NCBI RefSeq assembly: GCF_009914755.1
Contig: NC_060937.1
DNA length: 64,000 bases
Strand: one strand, 5' to 3'
From: the human T2T-CHM13v2.0 reference genome, Homo sapiens
In this document: in pieces, positions 45,681 through 59,589 of the stretch
How the letters are laid out: each line of letters opens with the position of its first letter
How positions within the stretch are numbered: position 1 is the stretch's first letter
Notes under the pieces: model-generated
Database searches by the model: none
Told to the model about the DNA's origin: nothing
What the model saw: the letters and a program-made list of their open reading frames with translations, nothing else
Made by a program: the position numbers and the translations under genes

Positions 45681-46559
45681 ACAAAATTCTTGCTTTTGCA
45701 TGATAAACTATCATCTCAAACCAATAGCCAATCAGATGTTTATGGATATTGAAAATATTTTTTTCAAAAAATTAGCAAAAAATCTAGGAAATTATGAAAT
45801 AATATATCATTTTATTAAGCTATCATAATGGAGTCTATTATATAGTAAGTGTCCCATTAGTAAAAAATGTTATCACTATCACTTAATATTGTTTCAGAAG
45901 TACTAATACTTGAATGTGAAACAAAATTGTATTTTGGGAAGAAAATTTATTTCTATTATTGTACATTATTTCTATTATACAGCATTTGTTCATCCCTGCA
46001 AACAGTAAAGAACCAACTGAATAACTATTATTAGTAGAAATTAGCTATAATTCTTAGAAAAGTTTAATGATGTGGCTTGGCACAAGATAAATATATGCAT
46101 TTAATTAATAACTTTCCTAGGCACCAGCAATAACCATCTGCATAAATACACTGAAAAAAGAAATCATTAATAGACTCAAAGAATATAAACTATCTAGGAA
46201 TATGTGCTATAAAATAGAGAAATGAAAAAAATTATGGTTTCTGTATACAATGTAATATTATGCAGGCATTTATAGCTGTATTTTTAGGAGAATTTGAAAT
46301 AACAAGTCAGATGTCTGACACTATAAAGTTAAGTGAAAATTCGAGATGTTGAAATAGTAAGTAGTTTCATAACTGGGAGAAAAATATCCAAATAAAAAGT
46401 CCCCAAACTTGATCCACTTGATAATCAGATAAAAATGGTTGAAGAGTAAAACCTCTCAGAAGAGGTGGGACAAGAAGTGAATAGTTTTTTTTAAAGGCGA
46501 GGCATTTGATTCTTCATATATTTAATGAGGAGTTTTTATTTGAACAGATATGAACCAGT

Positions 46560-46830
46560 CTGGCCATTTATAGTTGTTGACTGCTTTTTTTTGTGGATGT
46601 CAAGTGGTCCCGTTAGACAGAGACAGGGAGGTTAAGTTTGAGATGTACGTTAAACTCATGAAAGGAGTTAGTGAATGAGCAATCGAGTAAAAAGCAGAGA
46701 GAGGTCTGAACGGATGATATAAATTTGGAGGTCACTGAATGCTGGTTCAAATCACAGGCCTAAATAAGATCAACTGTGAATGTGAGGATAGAGAAGAAAA
46801 GTGAGCTGATTTTGAGCCCAGACCAATTCA
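46560..46830 (-). mobile_element. L2 fragment
   Basis: gttaagtttgagatgt...gagaggtctg...gatataaatttggaggtca. Confidence 0.5.
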
Positions 46831-47202
46831 ACAATTTTCTCTTTGACTTGACTTCAAAAATTTAATTTAGAAATGAAAATAGTTACTGCATTAACTGCAT
46901 TAGCATATTTTGAGGATTTTGCATGTTTAGAATTATGAATTACTTGAGACCTACACTGGAAAGAATGTAGAACAATGGGAATACTTACGCATTGCTGATA
47001 GAAGCCTAAGTTGGTACAACCACTTTGGAAAACAATTTGGCACTACCTAATGAAGTCCAGGCTGGGTTTTCTTTTTGTACTCAATTTGCATCTGAAGACA
47101 GAACAATCATATATTTGTATCTGTATACATTGAACTGGTTTGAATGTTCCTGCTTGCTTGAAAATTTCTTGTTTTTCCTAATTATCTTTTCAATGGATAA
47201 AT

Positions 47203-47267
47203 GGAAAAAAGAAGCAGCAGAAGCAGAAAGAGAAGCAGGAGGAGGAGGAGGAGTCGTCATCATCACC
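47203..47267. repeat. Purine-rich simple repeat (GCAGAA/GGA)n
   Basis: gaagcagcagaagcagaaagagaagcaggaggaggaggaggag. Confidence 0.8.
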
Positions 47268-49957
47268 ATAGGGTGACATAAAATGAGGCCACATGATATA
47301 TTTCAAAGGCTCCACAACTCAGGTTAACTCATACCTCAACTACTAGTCTTTAAGATGTATGTGGTATAAAAGTTGGCTGATTGTTTCCTGTATAGTGGGC
47401 AGGGTTGGTACAGACAATCTAGGATGGATGTGGAATTAGTTACCTGACTAGAACGGGTATGGTTGGAGTATGTATCAGGAGTTGGATGGAAAACTGAAGA
47501 GTGACAGAAGTATCTTGACCAACTTTGGTATTGTCTTTTGAGTTTTGCACTTTATTCTAAAGATTGTAACACACCATCATATTCAAAGTTGCTTTTAATA
47601 AATTCCTACTTAAAAAAGACATATGATAAGTGTTGCAGGAAACACAAACAAGCAAACATTTGTACATTAATAGCCTTCCAAAGAATAAATCTTTGTGCCA
47701 GAAGGTGAAATTGATTGAAAGGTTTTGTCCATTCCAGGCACAACTTTGGCTCTTTGCAATTTCTATAAATGCCAAACATAAGTGGAAATCTGCTGTGACA
47801 TGTATTCAATAATAAAATTGTCCCTCACGTGGACATTGCACCTGAGGCTTTGACAAAATATCCTTCTAACAGTGTAGTGCAACCTGATACCCATCCCCAA
47901 AGACTGGGCTGAGCCTTAAGTCATTGCTTCACCCCAAATAAAATGTTCTTATTTCTTCCCCCTTCGCCTGTGCTCTTTATTTCTATTAAACTTCTTTGTA
48001 AATGTATGCTCTGTAAAGTTAAGAGTGAGAGAATGCAAGTGCTGCCGGAAAGAATGAAGAGTTCACAAGCTTAGAACAGAAAGGGAGTTACTAAACTATT
48101 AAGCTCAATTAACAAGTGAAAAATGAACTAAGTTGTTCCAGAGTGATTTTTAATTCTGTCAAATAAAGAGGAACCAGACTGCAGGGTAAACTCTTATTTA
48201 TTAGTTTTGGGTAATGAGGTTTTCCATAAGCAGAATTTCTTAAATTTTATTGAATCCATAAAATCACCAGTTGGAAATCTGGTTTTTCCCACCAGAGTAG
48301 GATTTTAATGGAGCATACAGAAAACACCCAAGTGCTGTAAAGTAACTGTATGGAGGTGAAATGGTCTATGAGTTATATTATTGGCCTGGCTGACAGGGTT
48401 TCAGAAGTCCTTCATTTGAATTTAATCTCTACTATGTACCTCTTGTGCATTAATTTTTACCTTGAGGATAATGGTTCTGTACTTTCTTTATGGTTATTAC
48501 CAAGGAACCATGATAAAAATAGTAATGTCAGGGCCTCCCTGTTCTAGCCTCAGACTGAACAGAACACCGCTATGTGGAGTGTATGCCGACGGGTCCTAAA
48601 CCTCTGCTAAAGAAGGATCAAGGCACAGGTGCGACAACCCCCTTATAGTACAGATAGCTTTGCTGTACTCCATGGCCAAAGGGCACATCTTACCCTAGTC
48701 TACTGCCTTGTGAACACCTGCCTTCATTTATAAAAGAGTCAAGGGAAAAAGCATGCTGGAGGAGCATAAATCCGTCCCCACAACTCGAAAATGGCATAAA
48801 GAACCTGCTTTGAAGATAGTCAATACTTCCTTCCTTATTTCTGAAGTTATTGGCAGTAAAGGAAATTCCTTTAGTGTGAGACCAGTCTTCATATCTCTGT
48901 TTGCATTATGTGTTTTTAAAGACACACACACAAAATGAAATAATGAGGGCTTGGAAATTGTCAACTAACTTTTGCAAGACTGCCTAGATCAAGTGTAATG
49001 TTTCTACACTTGTCTTTGTTAAATGAAAGACATATGATGTGGTTCAAAAGTTGTGTACCCCAGTGTACAGAACTTATCAGAAGAATTGATTTTCAGTCCT
49101 ACTAGTGAGACTATATTTAGCTATCAAATGGACTGCTTTGCCTAAATTCTATAGTGCTTCAAGCCAGGCATATCAAGAAACCAATTGTATACTTCCCTTC
49201 TCTCGCCAAAAACTCTTTTGCTACTTCCACCTCATAAATGGTAATCCCAAGGGTAAATTAGAGTTTTGTGGGGTCTGGAGCATGTAAAATATAAAGCTCT
49301 TTTTAAGAGTTTTTTTTTTTTTCCTAATTGTTGCCTACTGTACCATGTTAATTGCAGAATAACTGTAGGAATGGTATTGATGATAGATTCATTCCACTAC
49401 TCCAGGGAGCTGTGCTTTTCTAGTATTTTCTCCTACCTGGTAAACCTAAGGGCCACATCCCTCCAAAGATGTGTCCTGTGTGAGTGGACAGTCAGGCATG
49501 GCTGCAGGTAGATTGTACCAGCTGATGGTAGCCATGGCCTCACCCTTACTGCCTGCTTTTCCAACTTAAGAGTGTTTATCATGGAAGCTTCTGTGTCCTG
49601 AATTAGGCTTATACCTTAGACTTAGATGTTGGACTGGCTGTTTCTAGCCTCAGGACATTTTCCATCCAATAGTAATACTTGGCTTCTTGCCAGGTGGCCC
49701 AGGTATCCTCAAAGGCACATGAGAGATCTCTGTTACTCACTCCCCTTTCTACCACCTTCAGGGTCTAGCTCCATAAGGCACATTGGAACTCCGTGGTAGC
49801 CCCAATGCCCTGTTACCCACTCATCTGACGTCCCATTGAAAATGTGTTCTAGATAAAACAGCAATCTCCTGGGAATCTTATCCTGTTACATATTTTTTTT
49901 CTGAAAATAATTATCTCCAATTTTATGATATAACACATAGTCATTTAAGCATTATCA

Positions 49958-50015
49958 AAAGCCTAGGAATTTAAGGCCAGCCAGGGCAACATAGTGACAT
50001 CTCCATTTCTAAACA
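49958..50015 (+). mobile_element. Short Alu-monomer (FLAM/AluJ-like) fragment
   Basis: agcctaggaatttaaggccagccagggcaacatagtgacatctccatttctaaa. Confidence 0.6.
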
Positions 50016-50287
50016 CCACCCCCCCAACACACAAACTTCCACCTTCTGGTTCTTCCATGAACATTTCCCACTGCCATTTTTTATTTTATTTTATTTGTAG
50101 TCAAGAGAGAGAAGGAGACTGAAAAAATAGCATTCATTTTATTGGAAAAGAAACAGCAAATACCCCAAACTGGTTATTAGTTTCTTATAAGTCTATGTCA
50201 TTCTTTCAATGAATAACAGTTTTATGTTTTTCTCAGCTTAAGGTATAAATTTCTCTGTAGTCTTTTTTTTTTTTTCCTCAAACTCTT

Positions 50288-50596
<309 letters not shown>

Positions 50597-50654
50597 TAAT
50601 ATTGATGCTTGTATTATGGTTGTTTCTCAAATTTGCTTTAAGAATTGGTCATTT

Positions 50655-51053
50655 CTGGATAAAGAAAATGTGGCACATATACATATCAAATACTATGTAG
50701 CCATAAAAAAGAATGCGTTTATGTCCTTGCAGGACATGGATGAAGCTGGAAGCCATCATTCTCAGCAAACTAACGTAGGAACAGAAAACCAAATACCGCC
50801 TGTTCTCACCCATAAGTGGGAGTAGAACAATGAAAACACATGGGAGGGGAACATCACACACCGGGGCCTCTTAGTGGGTGGAGGGCAAGGGGAGGGAGAG
50901 CATTAGGACAAATACCTAATCCATGCAGGGCTTAAAACCTAGATGACGGTTTGATAGGTGGAGCAAACCACCATGGCACATGTATACCTATGTAACCCGC
51001 ACGTTCTGCACACGTATCCCAGAACTTAAAGTAAAATAAAATTAAAAGAAAAA
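50655..51053 (+). mobile_element. 5'-truncated L1PA8-like insertion (~400 bp)
   Basis: 3'UTR gcattaggacaaatacctaat...gggcttaaaacctagatgacgg...cccagaacttaaagtaaaataaa. TSD AAGAATTGGTCATTT at 50640-50654 and 51054-51068, at a TT/AAGA endonuclease site. Confidence 0.93.
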
Positions 51054-53649
51054 AAGAATTGGTCATTTATTCCTGGATCCCCTTCTCAAGACTCAGAGCA
51101 TTAGCATAATAAAGGTTTTGAAGGGGAGGAGGTCAGGAGAAAAGATAAAATATTTAAATTACAAGTAATACAGCTATTAGTTTTGAAGTCATAGACTGTA
51201 GAAAATAAGATGATATATACATATAATTGATATTGCTCACTGAACCAATTTACTAAAATTAACAACAGTGAAAATTACCAGCCTTTGAAAGATATGCTGC
51301 ATCAAGACTTTCTATACTCATTAGTTGAAATGATCTCCCTGTAGTCTCTGGAGTTGTAACACACCAATTGATAAACAGGCACTCTTAATACTTGAAGCAT
51401 GAGCATCCCTGATGATTACAGACAACCACTGTCTCCAGTTTTGCCTGTGGGATATTCCAGTAAAGGTCAAGTCCATAAAATGGAAACATGGTTGGTATGA
51501 AAATAAGCTTCTGAAAATAATTTCTGTCATACTGAAAAAAATAACAAACCATCAATTCCAAGCTTTAGAACTTTCTAATTTTTTTGGCAACTGCAACTTT
51601 AGCTCTTCTTTATGTAACACTTTCTGCCCTTAACATTCTATTAGTTTTGTGCCTTCAAGTAAACACAATTCACCCACCCTGTCCTATAATTACCTAATGC
51701 TGAATAATCAGGTTTGTATACACTTTGGGATTTCATGATTTTTTCTAACACACCTAGAACACAAAATGGACAGATCCATTATGATTATCAGCATTTTCTT
51801 TTTTAGTTATCTAATAGTTTCGATCATTTTCTAACATCCTCAGAAAGTCATTTTTACTGTCTTTCCCTGTGTCATGAAGACACTTAAAACCAAGGATACA
51901 TTGGACTTCACCTTTTTTGTTGTCATTACTGGGCATGACAGGCTTCTGCTGAGTTCTCTTAAGTTGAGCTACTCTTTGATTTGTGAGCAAAGGTTTAAAA
52001 GGCTAAAAAGGGGGAAATTGGTTCAATATTTCAAGCACAATGAAACATTTCTTTTGTCACTTTATTTCCCTGCTGTATTAATTTGTGGTTACTCACCTTC
52101 TCCTCGGATCCCCAAGGGAACCCCAAATCTGACTCTCTATGATCTGACATATGAACCCAAACATTTCTCCCAATAAATTACATCTCCTGTGTAATAAAAC
52201 AAAATTGGCTGCTTTGGGGTATAGCAGAATATTTCAGGCACCATTTGGCCACAGTTTGGTTCGTTGCTCATATACATTCTGATGATGGGGATCTCTGTGG
52301 CCTAGGTTGGTCTGGGAAGAGGAATGTTGAGTTCACTCACTGGACCAAACAATGCAGGAATGTTTTTTCCCTGTCCATTCACTTAAACAATGTGCCATTC
52401 TGTACCTTATAAGCACTTAATTTATTCCAACTCTTTGGCCTGACCTGTAATCCCCTTCTCCTTACCCATCTGACCCATCTGTGTTTCATTTCCCACTCAT
52501 CAGCATCCAAAGAGCTAGGCCCAGGGCCTGTTTGGAACCATTAGACAGAGATTGGCACTCTTCCCTCTTCCTGAGCCACATCCTCCACTGGAAAAAAAAT
52601 GACCATCAGATCAGAGAACAGAGCCTGCTTTGTCCCCTGCAACAGGGATCTGGAAGCATTTTCAATCATTTGCACTCTATACCCACTCAAACGCATTAAT
52701 GTGATCAACATTAGGCCTGTTGTGGGCATTTTTTCCAGCAAATAGCTTGCTAACATTCCAGGCATGTACTTCCCTGAAAACAAGACTGAGACAGGGCCCT
52801 GAATATTCAATTGGAAAATCACCAAGAGCAAAAGCTTAGCTTGGCACGGCTGGTGTTGATTCTTAATAAGTGACTTCCTAAAGCTGAGGCATGGGGCTTA
52901 CAGCGTCAATGACTTGTTTGAAAAATATTTTGTAGGTGCCTCATACCACTCTGTTTCCTGTGGTATGCGTCATATTGTGAGCTATTCCAAGCTGGCCTGG
53001 TTAAGCACGCTAAGTTTTTCCCCCCAAGATTGTGGTGTTTAACTAAAAATGTCTTTATACAAGATGAGCTCATAGCTATTAGTGCTGATGTAGTTTTAAC
53101 TGCTTGGATACCAACTGCAGTCGCTTGAAAATGTACTGCAGAAGGGTAAACGCAAGCAAAAACATATCTCACCCCGTCTAAAATGGCGGGATGCAGTCCC
53201 AGCGGCAGCGTTTCTTCAGGGGAGAAAGCTCCAGATTTAAGTACAATGCATACCTTTCACTTTCATTAAAAAGACTTACTGTTCTTAGTACATTACTAAA
53301 GTCAAGGTGCTGAAGACATCTGGTACACTGGAATAAAATTAACCCTTTTTATGGCTTCGGGTGTTTTGTAAAACTTGCCAAGGAGCAAAGCTAAGGTAAT
53401 TGGAGAAAACAAGTGTATCTTTTCAATCAAATTTCCAAAAGGGAAACAAAAAGAGATCCAACGACCTAAAATTCTATCTCTGAGATTAAAGTACATACAA
53501 GTAGGATTTGCATAAGGTTCAAATAATAAGATATCGAATATAAAATGTCTTGACAGTTATTTAGAAATCAAAAGATGGGTAAGGGAATTAATACTGTTGT
53601 GTCCTCTGTATACCTCACATAGCTTTCGGCCTTTCTACCTTCTACATTG

Positions 53650-53820
53650 TTCTTCACAGCACTTATGGTGTAGAGATTATTATTTTCCTTTTGCAAACAA
53701 GGCCAGAGAATCCCAGAGGGATTCAGTAAGCTCCCCAAGGCCACACAGTTGATTAAGTATAGAAGCAGGATTCGAAATTAGGTCAGTGTGAATAGCAAGC
53801 TTGTGTTCTATCCCCTACCT
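53650..53820 (-). mobile_element. MIR
   Basis: cccaaggccacacagttgattaagtatagaagcaggattcgaaattaggtcag. Confidence 0.65.
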
Positions 53821-55842
53821 TGCTACTTACAGATAAAAATATTCTCATCTCTATTATGGCTGTAATTGTCTACTTGTTCAAAGGCTGTGTGTTGGCCATG
53901 GTGTACTGGGCTAGAACAGGAGATGAATATAAATCTGTGTCATATTCCTTCCTGTCTCCCTCTAGTGAATAGGTTACAGACAGTATCTAGTTTGGGGCCC
54001 ATACCCAGTAGGTGCCCAGTGGCTATTAAGTGATTAGACATTGTACATGCCATCTCTGAATGATTTGTGTTTCTACAATAGGGCCTTTTATAACAGAGAA
54101 GAGAGGGATTGATACTCTGGACACTGCTGGGGCTGTGTTTGCCTCTCGGGGCAAATAATTTTTCTTGGTGCCAGGAGCAGCTCTGACGTGGCTGCTCTGC
54201 CCTTATGTGGCCTGGGCCTTTGAGATCCAGAGCAAGAGCCTGGCCTGGTCTGGGATAAGGCAAGAATGCATCAAGGTGGAGCCAGAGAAGCCAGAAGAGG
54301 CGACTGTGAATGTCTGTCTATCTCCACGAACGTGTCACTGAGGAGACAGGAGAATGTCTATAGGAAGTGAGCAAGACAATTTCTGAGACAATGAGTTATT
54401 GGACAAATGCACTGAATAGCATTATAAAGGGAAGTAGGGACCTCAATTCCCCTCCATATTTAGGAAGGCACATAATGAGGCCCTACCCATGAAGTGGAAA
54501 AAGGGGCTTTTGTGTTGGCTATTCTCTGTGAGTAAGTAAGTGTTTTGGCTGTCTGGCTTAGGGGATACAGAATTATGCATCAGGACTATATATTGTGAGT
54601 TGATCCCTTATGCGCTGATACGTAGTGCATTATCTAAAGGAAATAACTTGCTTCTTGATTGAGGTTTGCAAACTGGGCATGTTTTCTTTTCACAGTATTA
54701 AAGAAATATAAAATTTTTACAAAAATTCCGTGACTTTCACACCTTACAATTTAGTAAGTTAGCAAAAACATCAGTTCAAAATGTTGAACTAAATGACAAC
54801 TAGGAGATTGGTTTCTGTTCTCAAGTTATAAGTAGTTCCTATTTTCTACCTGAAGCATTAGAAAAAAGCTTACTTCAAGTGAGTAAAAAATACTCATATT
54901 GTGAAGCAATTTGGACTTCAGAAGTTTTATCACCACTGGATTGAGACATTGGGGATAAGCCATACAAATATGTTGCTAAACTAATAAAATCTTGAAGATT
55001 TAGAAATATATAGATTTCTTTAATTCTTATGTTTTAAAGTTTATGTTTGGAACTATTTAATAAAAAAGCAACATTAGGAAAAAATTTTTTTCTAATGAAA
55101 GCAGATAAAGTGGGAGCTGGTCAGAAATCTGTTCAATTCAGGCCTTTTGCAACCTCATCAAAAGTCAAATTATTTTACAATGAATAGTTTTGAATTATTA
55201 TATTTCTTGCAAGGTGATTTTCTCTCTCTTGTTAGGAAGAGTGACTTCCATTCTTAACAAAGTAACGGGAAAAGAAGAGGTAAGAAAACGTCAACAGGCT
55301 AAAATTGTATGATCTATAATGGTGTTTCAGCGTAAATTTGGAAACATTGGCTAGGAGCAGCTGAAGTCCAAAACTCATGATGATCACGTTGATTTGAGTT
55401 TTCCCTAAGCCTGTTCCATAACAGGCTTTCATGTTTACCGTAGACATAAATTCACTGTGGTTCTTAAGTAAGGGCTATGTTTGAAAGAAGTGACTAGAAT
55501 GCCAGGATTTTCTCTCAAGATTACCCCTTCAAGGAAAGCTCCGTGCAACTTTCCTTCCCAGGGCTGCGCACACAAAATTTCAGGAAACAGCAGGTCTTAA
55601 TTAGGCCTCCAGTTTATAGTTTCACCTGAAAAAATACATTTAAAAAAATCATATATATTCGGCTGTCTAGATTTTTCACGTCAATAAATTCTTGCTAATT
55701 AATCACATTAACGGTGCTCCTTAAAAGTTGAAACAGAATCAGAAAACAAACCAAATTCCCCATAAATATCCAACATAAAGACCTATTCACTGATGCATTT
55801 TCAGTTTCTAAGAATTTTACAAGTGTTTTTTTCTCCCTAACA

Positions 55843-55844
<2 letters not shown>

Positions 55845-55884
<40 letters not shown>
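55845..55884. repeat. Perfect (AC)20 microsatellite
   Basis: Uninterrupted acacac... run of 40 nt. Confidence 0.97.
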
Positions 55885-55889
<5 letters not shown>

Positions 55890-57019
55890 ATCACTATCTG
55901 TAGCTCTCATTCTCTGAAGAGGAAAACAATTCTGGTGGCAAATTTTAATACTTCAGAATGATGTCACTGTGTGAGTACTTTCCTGCTTAGTGCCCATGCG
56001 CATAACTGTTTTAAGGGATTAGAGCCTAGAAACCCTGAGCAGCAACATGTCATATCATCTCAGATCCTCCCAACTCCCCACAAAAGGGAAAAACTAACAA
56101 TGTGGGAGTGAAGAAAAGAAGGTAAACTGGGAAGGCAGGAGCTAAAGGGACGAATGGACTTCCTCCTGTTTGTGTACCATTGCATTCTTCAAAAGAGCCA
56201 TCATTCTTGATATAAATTCACTGCACTAATATTCTATTAGAAGCTTTGGTCTGCTGTGGCACCTGCTGTATAAAAGCAGGATTACTTAAATCCTCTTCAG
56301 AAACATAAATAAATAGATTTAAAATCTCACTTCCCTCTGTGGTATGTTTCCTGAGAATAGTGCTACTGCTGTTCATTAAGAAAATAACGTTTCAAACTCG
56401 TAACCTTAGCTTCCCAAATTTCTTGGGTGTGTGTTTATCAAAATGTACTTGAGTGTGTTTGCTGCAATTTGAAATCTTATTTGTTACTACTCTGTGAGTA
56501 GCAGCTAGCCATTTCTTCAACAGGATTTCTGAATGGGATGGATCTTTTAGGAGAGAAAAGATCAGTTACTAATTTTGATAAGTAATTAACTTTAAGTCAG
56601 TGAAATGAGAGAATTCCATTTTCAGATGAATAGACTTTAATTTCTATTACAACTTTCATGTATTATTATCTATGTCTATTTTTAGGGGAAAACGTCTATA
56701 AGAATTTTTGCTATAATCCATTCCCACAACCACAAGTAGTTGATCACAGCGGAATTATGGCATTTTATAAGATCTCTATTCAGAGATTTTTAGGAGTACA
56801 GATTTGAGCTGGCTTCATGCTGTATGGACAAAGAGAAAATTAACCATATATTAATTATAAATACTTCCCTTTGGATTTTTTTATGAAGCTTGGTTTTTCT
56901 TTGGTGGGAAGTTTTTTATTTATTATTTCTTCCTCCTCCCCTCCTAGCATTTTGGTCTCATATTCTAGGCTCTATATTGCCAGCAATTTAAGGAAGAATG
57001 GTAAAAAGTAGTATATTAT

Positions 57020-57250
57020 GTTGAAAGAGTACTTGACCTTGTCCCAGCTAAGCCTCTAGTTGATTGTTTAATTGGGGCAAAACCTCTCACCTCTGTTTCT
57101 TCACCTATAAATTAAAGAGACTCAATCGTTTGTTCACTCAACAAACTTTTAGTGAGTGTCAATTGTTGGCAAAGCACTGGGTTATGTGCTGTTGATATAA
57201 AAATTTGTAACCGAGTCACTGGCTCTTGAGAGTCTTGTAGCATTGTATGA
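57020..57250. mobile_element. MIR (+) fragment followed by L2 (-) 3' fragment
   Basis: ttggggcaa..cctctcacctctgtttcttcacctataaaat, then ttcactcaacaaacttttagtgagtgtc. Confidence 0.5.
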
Positions 57251-57295
57251 GGAGATATGTCAAAGATTAGAATGTAGAAAATACAGATAGATAAA

Positions 57296-57636
57296 CAGTC
57301 ATGCATGACTTAACAAAGGGGATACATTCTGAGATATGTGTCATTAGAAGTTTCATTATTGTACAAATATGGGAGAGTATAATTAAACACAAACCTAGAT
57401 GGTATGGCCTACTACACAACTTGGCTATATGGTATAAGCCTACCGCTCCTGGGCTACAAGCCTGTACAGCATGTGACTTTACTGAGTCTGTAAGCAATTG
57501 TAACAAAATGGCAAGTATGTGTGTATCTAAACATATCTAAACAGAGAAAAGCTAAGAGTAAAAAATACAGTATTATGATTTATGAAACTACTGTTGTAGA
57601 TGCAGTCTGTCATCAACCACACATGGTGCATGATTA
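57296..57636 (+). mobile_element. Tigger3a (TcMar-Tigger) DNA transposon
   Basis: TIRs cagtcatgca / tgcatgatta; internal gggatacattctgaga, acaaacctagatggtatggcctactacac, gtatctaaacatatctaaac. Confidence 0.88.
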
Positions 57637-58834
57637 TATTTCCCTTTATTGGTCAAGATAATTGGAGTATGCCACTCCACTATTCACCACATGAAAAGAA
57701 GTAGAAAAGAAGGAAAATATTATGTAAAGAAGTTCACAGCAGTTTCAGGAAAAAGAACAAGAGTTGAGAGAAGGAAACAGAGAGAGATAGAAGCCACAAG
57801 GTACCATTGCTCTTCTCCCATTTTTTCATTGAAACCCAAGGTGAGGAACAGATGTAGAATAAAAAGGACAGGTTAGTTGTAAATTCAAAAGCAGGGACAG
57901 AATGGAGTTGTGTCCTATTTCCAGTTTGGGATTCTGGTTGGAGGTAGCCTGGTGGAGCACCCTTTGTTACAAGAAGCGGACGCAGCAAGTGTAGAAACTG
58001 GATAGCGTGAGGGAGAGGCAGGGAAGAAAGTATTCCTCTTCCTTTCCTTCAGTTCTCTCACACCTGTTGATAGCACTGAAGAGATTCAGAATTTCTCACA
58101 TGTCCCCAGTGATACCGAAGGTTGAGAGTCAGCAGGTTTGTAATGGGGCTGCAGTAGTGAAGGGAGCAAAGAACCCCTACCAGAAGTGGAAGAGAGGGCA
58201 GACTTGGTCAGGGTTCAGACGGAGCCCAGGGGTGAAGCTTAGATGATCTGAAGAGAGAAATGAGGTTGGGCTGAGGTGCAGGATGTGAACTGCTGGACTA
58301 TGGCTGGACTGAGGGAAGAAATTAGCATGATACTAGTTGTAAAACTTCACAAGCAGATGCAGAGATGATAGCGACCAACATGAACACAGGTAAAGTGAGT
58401 TTACCTCAGCCAAGAGCCAATGGGAGCCAGAGAGGAGCATGGGGCTGGTTTAACCCCTGGGGTCCTGCCACAATACCATAAGGATATATAAGTGTCTTCT
58501 TGTACACACATATTTTCTAGGAAATCTTTCACTCAGGTGAGATAGCTTAATGAGGAATTTCAACTTTACATTGACTTACCCTTTGCCAAAAATGGTAGGA
58601 ATTAACCTAAAAGGAGATGTTTTAAAATGTAAGAGATTGAGCCACTCTGTAGTGACAGATTTAGGTCTTCTTTCATCTCAAAGTTCATTACCATGAGGGC
58701 TTAGAACAAAATGAAGATGTGATATGGATCATATGCACTCTTTTTATACATCTGTATTATAATGTTTATGATACAGAAGTGTCCTATTTTATGATGAAAT
58801 AATCCTAGCTTATCTTTCATGATGTATCTATTTC

Positions 58835-58960
58835 TTCAGGCACTGTCCCATCCATTATTTTATTTTCTTTTATCTGAGTAGGTATGAGATGTTGGCAGGG
58901 TAAGTATCATTGCCTCCGTTTTCTAGGTTAGAAATCTGAAGCTCAGTGAGGTTAGCTTGT
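58835..58960 (-). mobile_element. MIR fragment
   Basis: caggcactgt...tatcattgcctccgttttctaggttagaaatctgaagctcagtgaggttag. Confidence 0.55.
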
Positions 58961-59589
58961 ACCTCTTCATCTATAAAAAGGAGACAATATTTACTCAGCC
59001 AAAGTATGGTTTTTGTGAGGATCAAATAGGAAAGAAAAGCTGCTAGGGAGCTCTTATTTACTGTGCCCTTAAGAACATCTAAAAGCAGAAAAAACAAGAT
59101 GATACGTAGTCAAAATGACAGCAATGCAAATAATGCTATCAAATTGCAGATACATGTTTTACCTAGCAAGGGTATTCCTACAAATGTTTCAGTAAGTCCA
59201 GTTCATACATGAAATGAACTGGATGAAACAGCGAAGCATTGCCAGCGGATTTAAAGAGTAGATCTTTTCTTGTGATGTCATAAACAGAGCAGTGATTTAG
59301 AGTACTCTATTTAAGTTTTATCTTCAGCACTTAGTAGGGCATTGTTTTATAGGAGATATTAAATGCTTTTTTTGCAAGTCCAAATTTATCATATTATTCA
59401 GCTATCTTAAATCTATGAGAGATATGATAGTTATATACTTCTTAAAGATTACAATTTAATTTATACTCAATTTCTGTGAAATAATAGAAATGTGATACTA
59501 AAATAATCTTCAGATCTGGATCATTGGTAGAAAGTCAAGACCACCTCTGGGCACTTCTCTCTTAGGTTAAGCTTCTCATGGCACAAGGA

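Noticed and set aside
55377-55383. Box C-like ATGATGA suggesting a C/D snoRNA
   Set aside because: No box D (CTGA) at a suitable downstream distance and no terminal stem.
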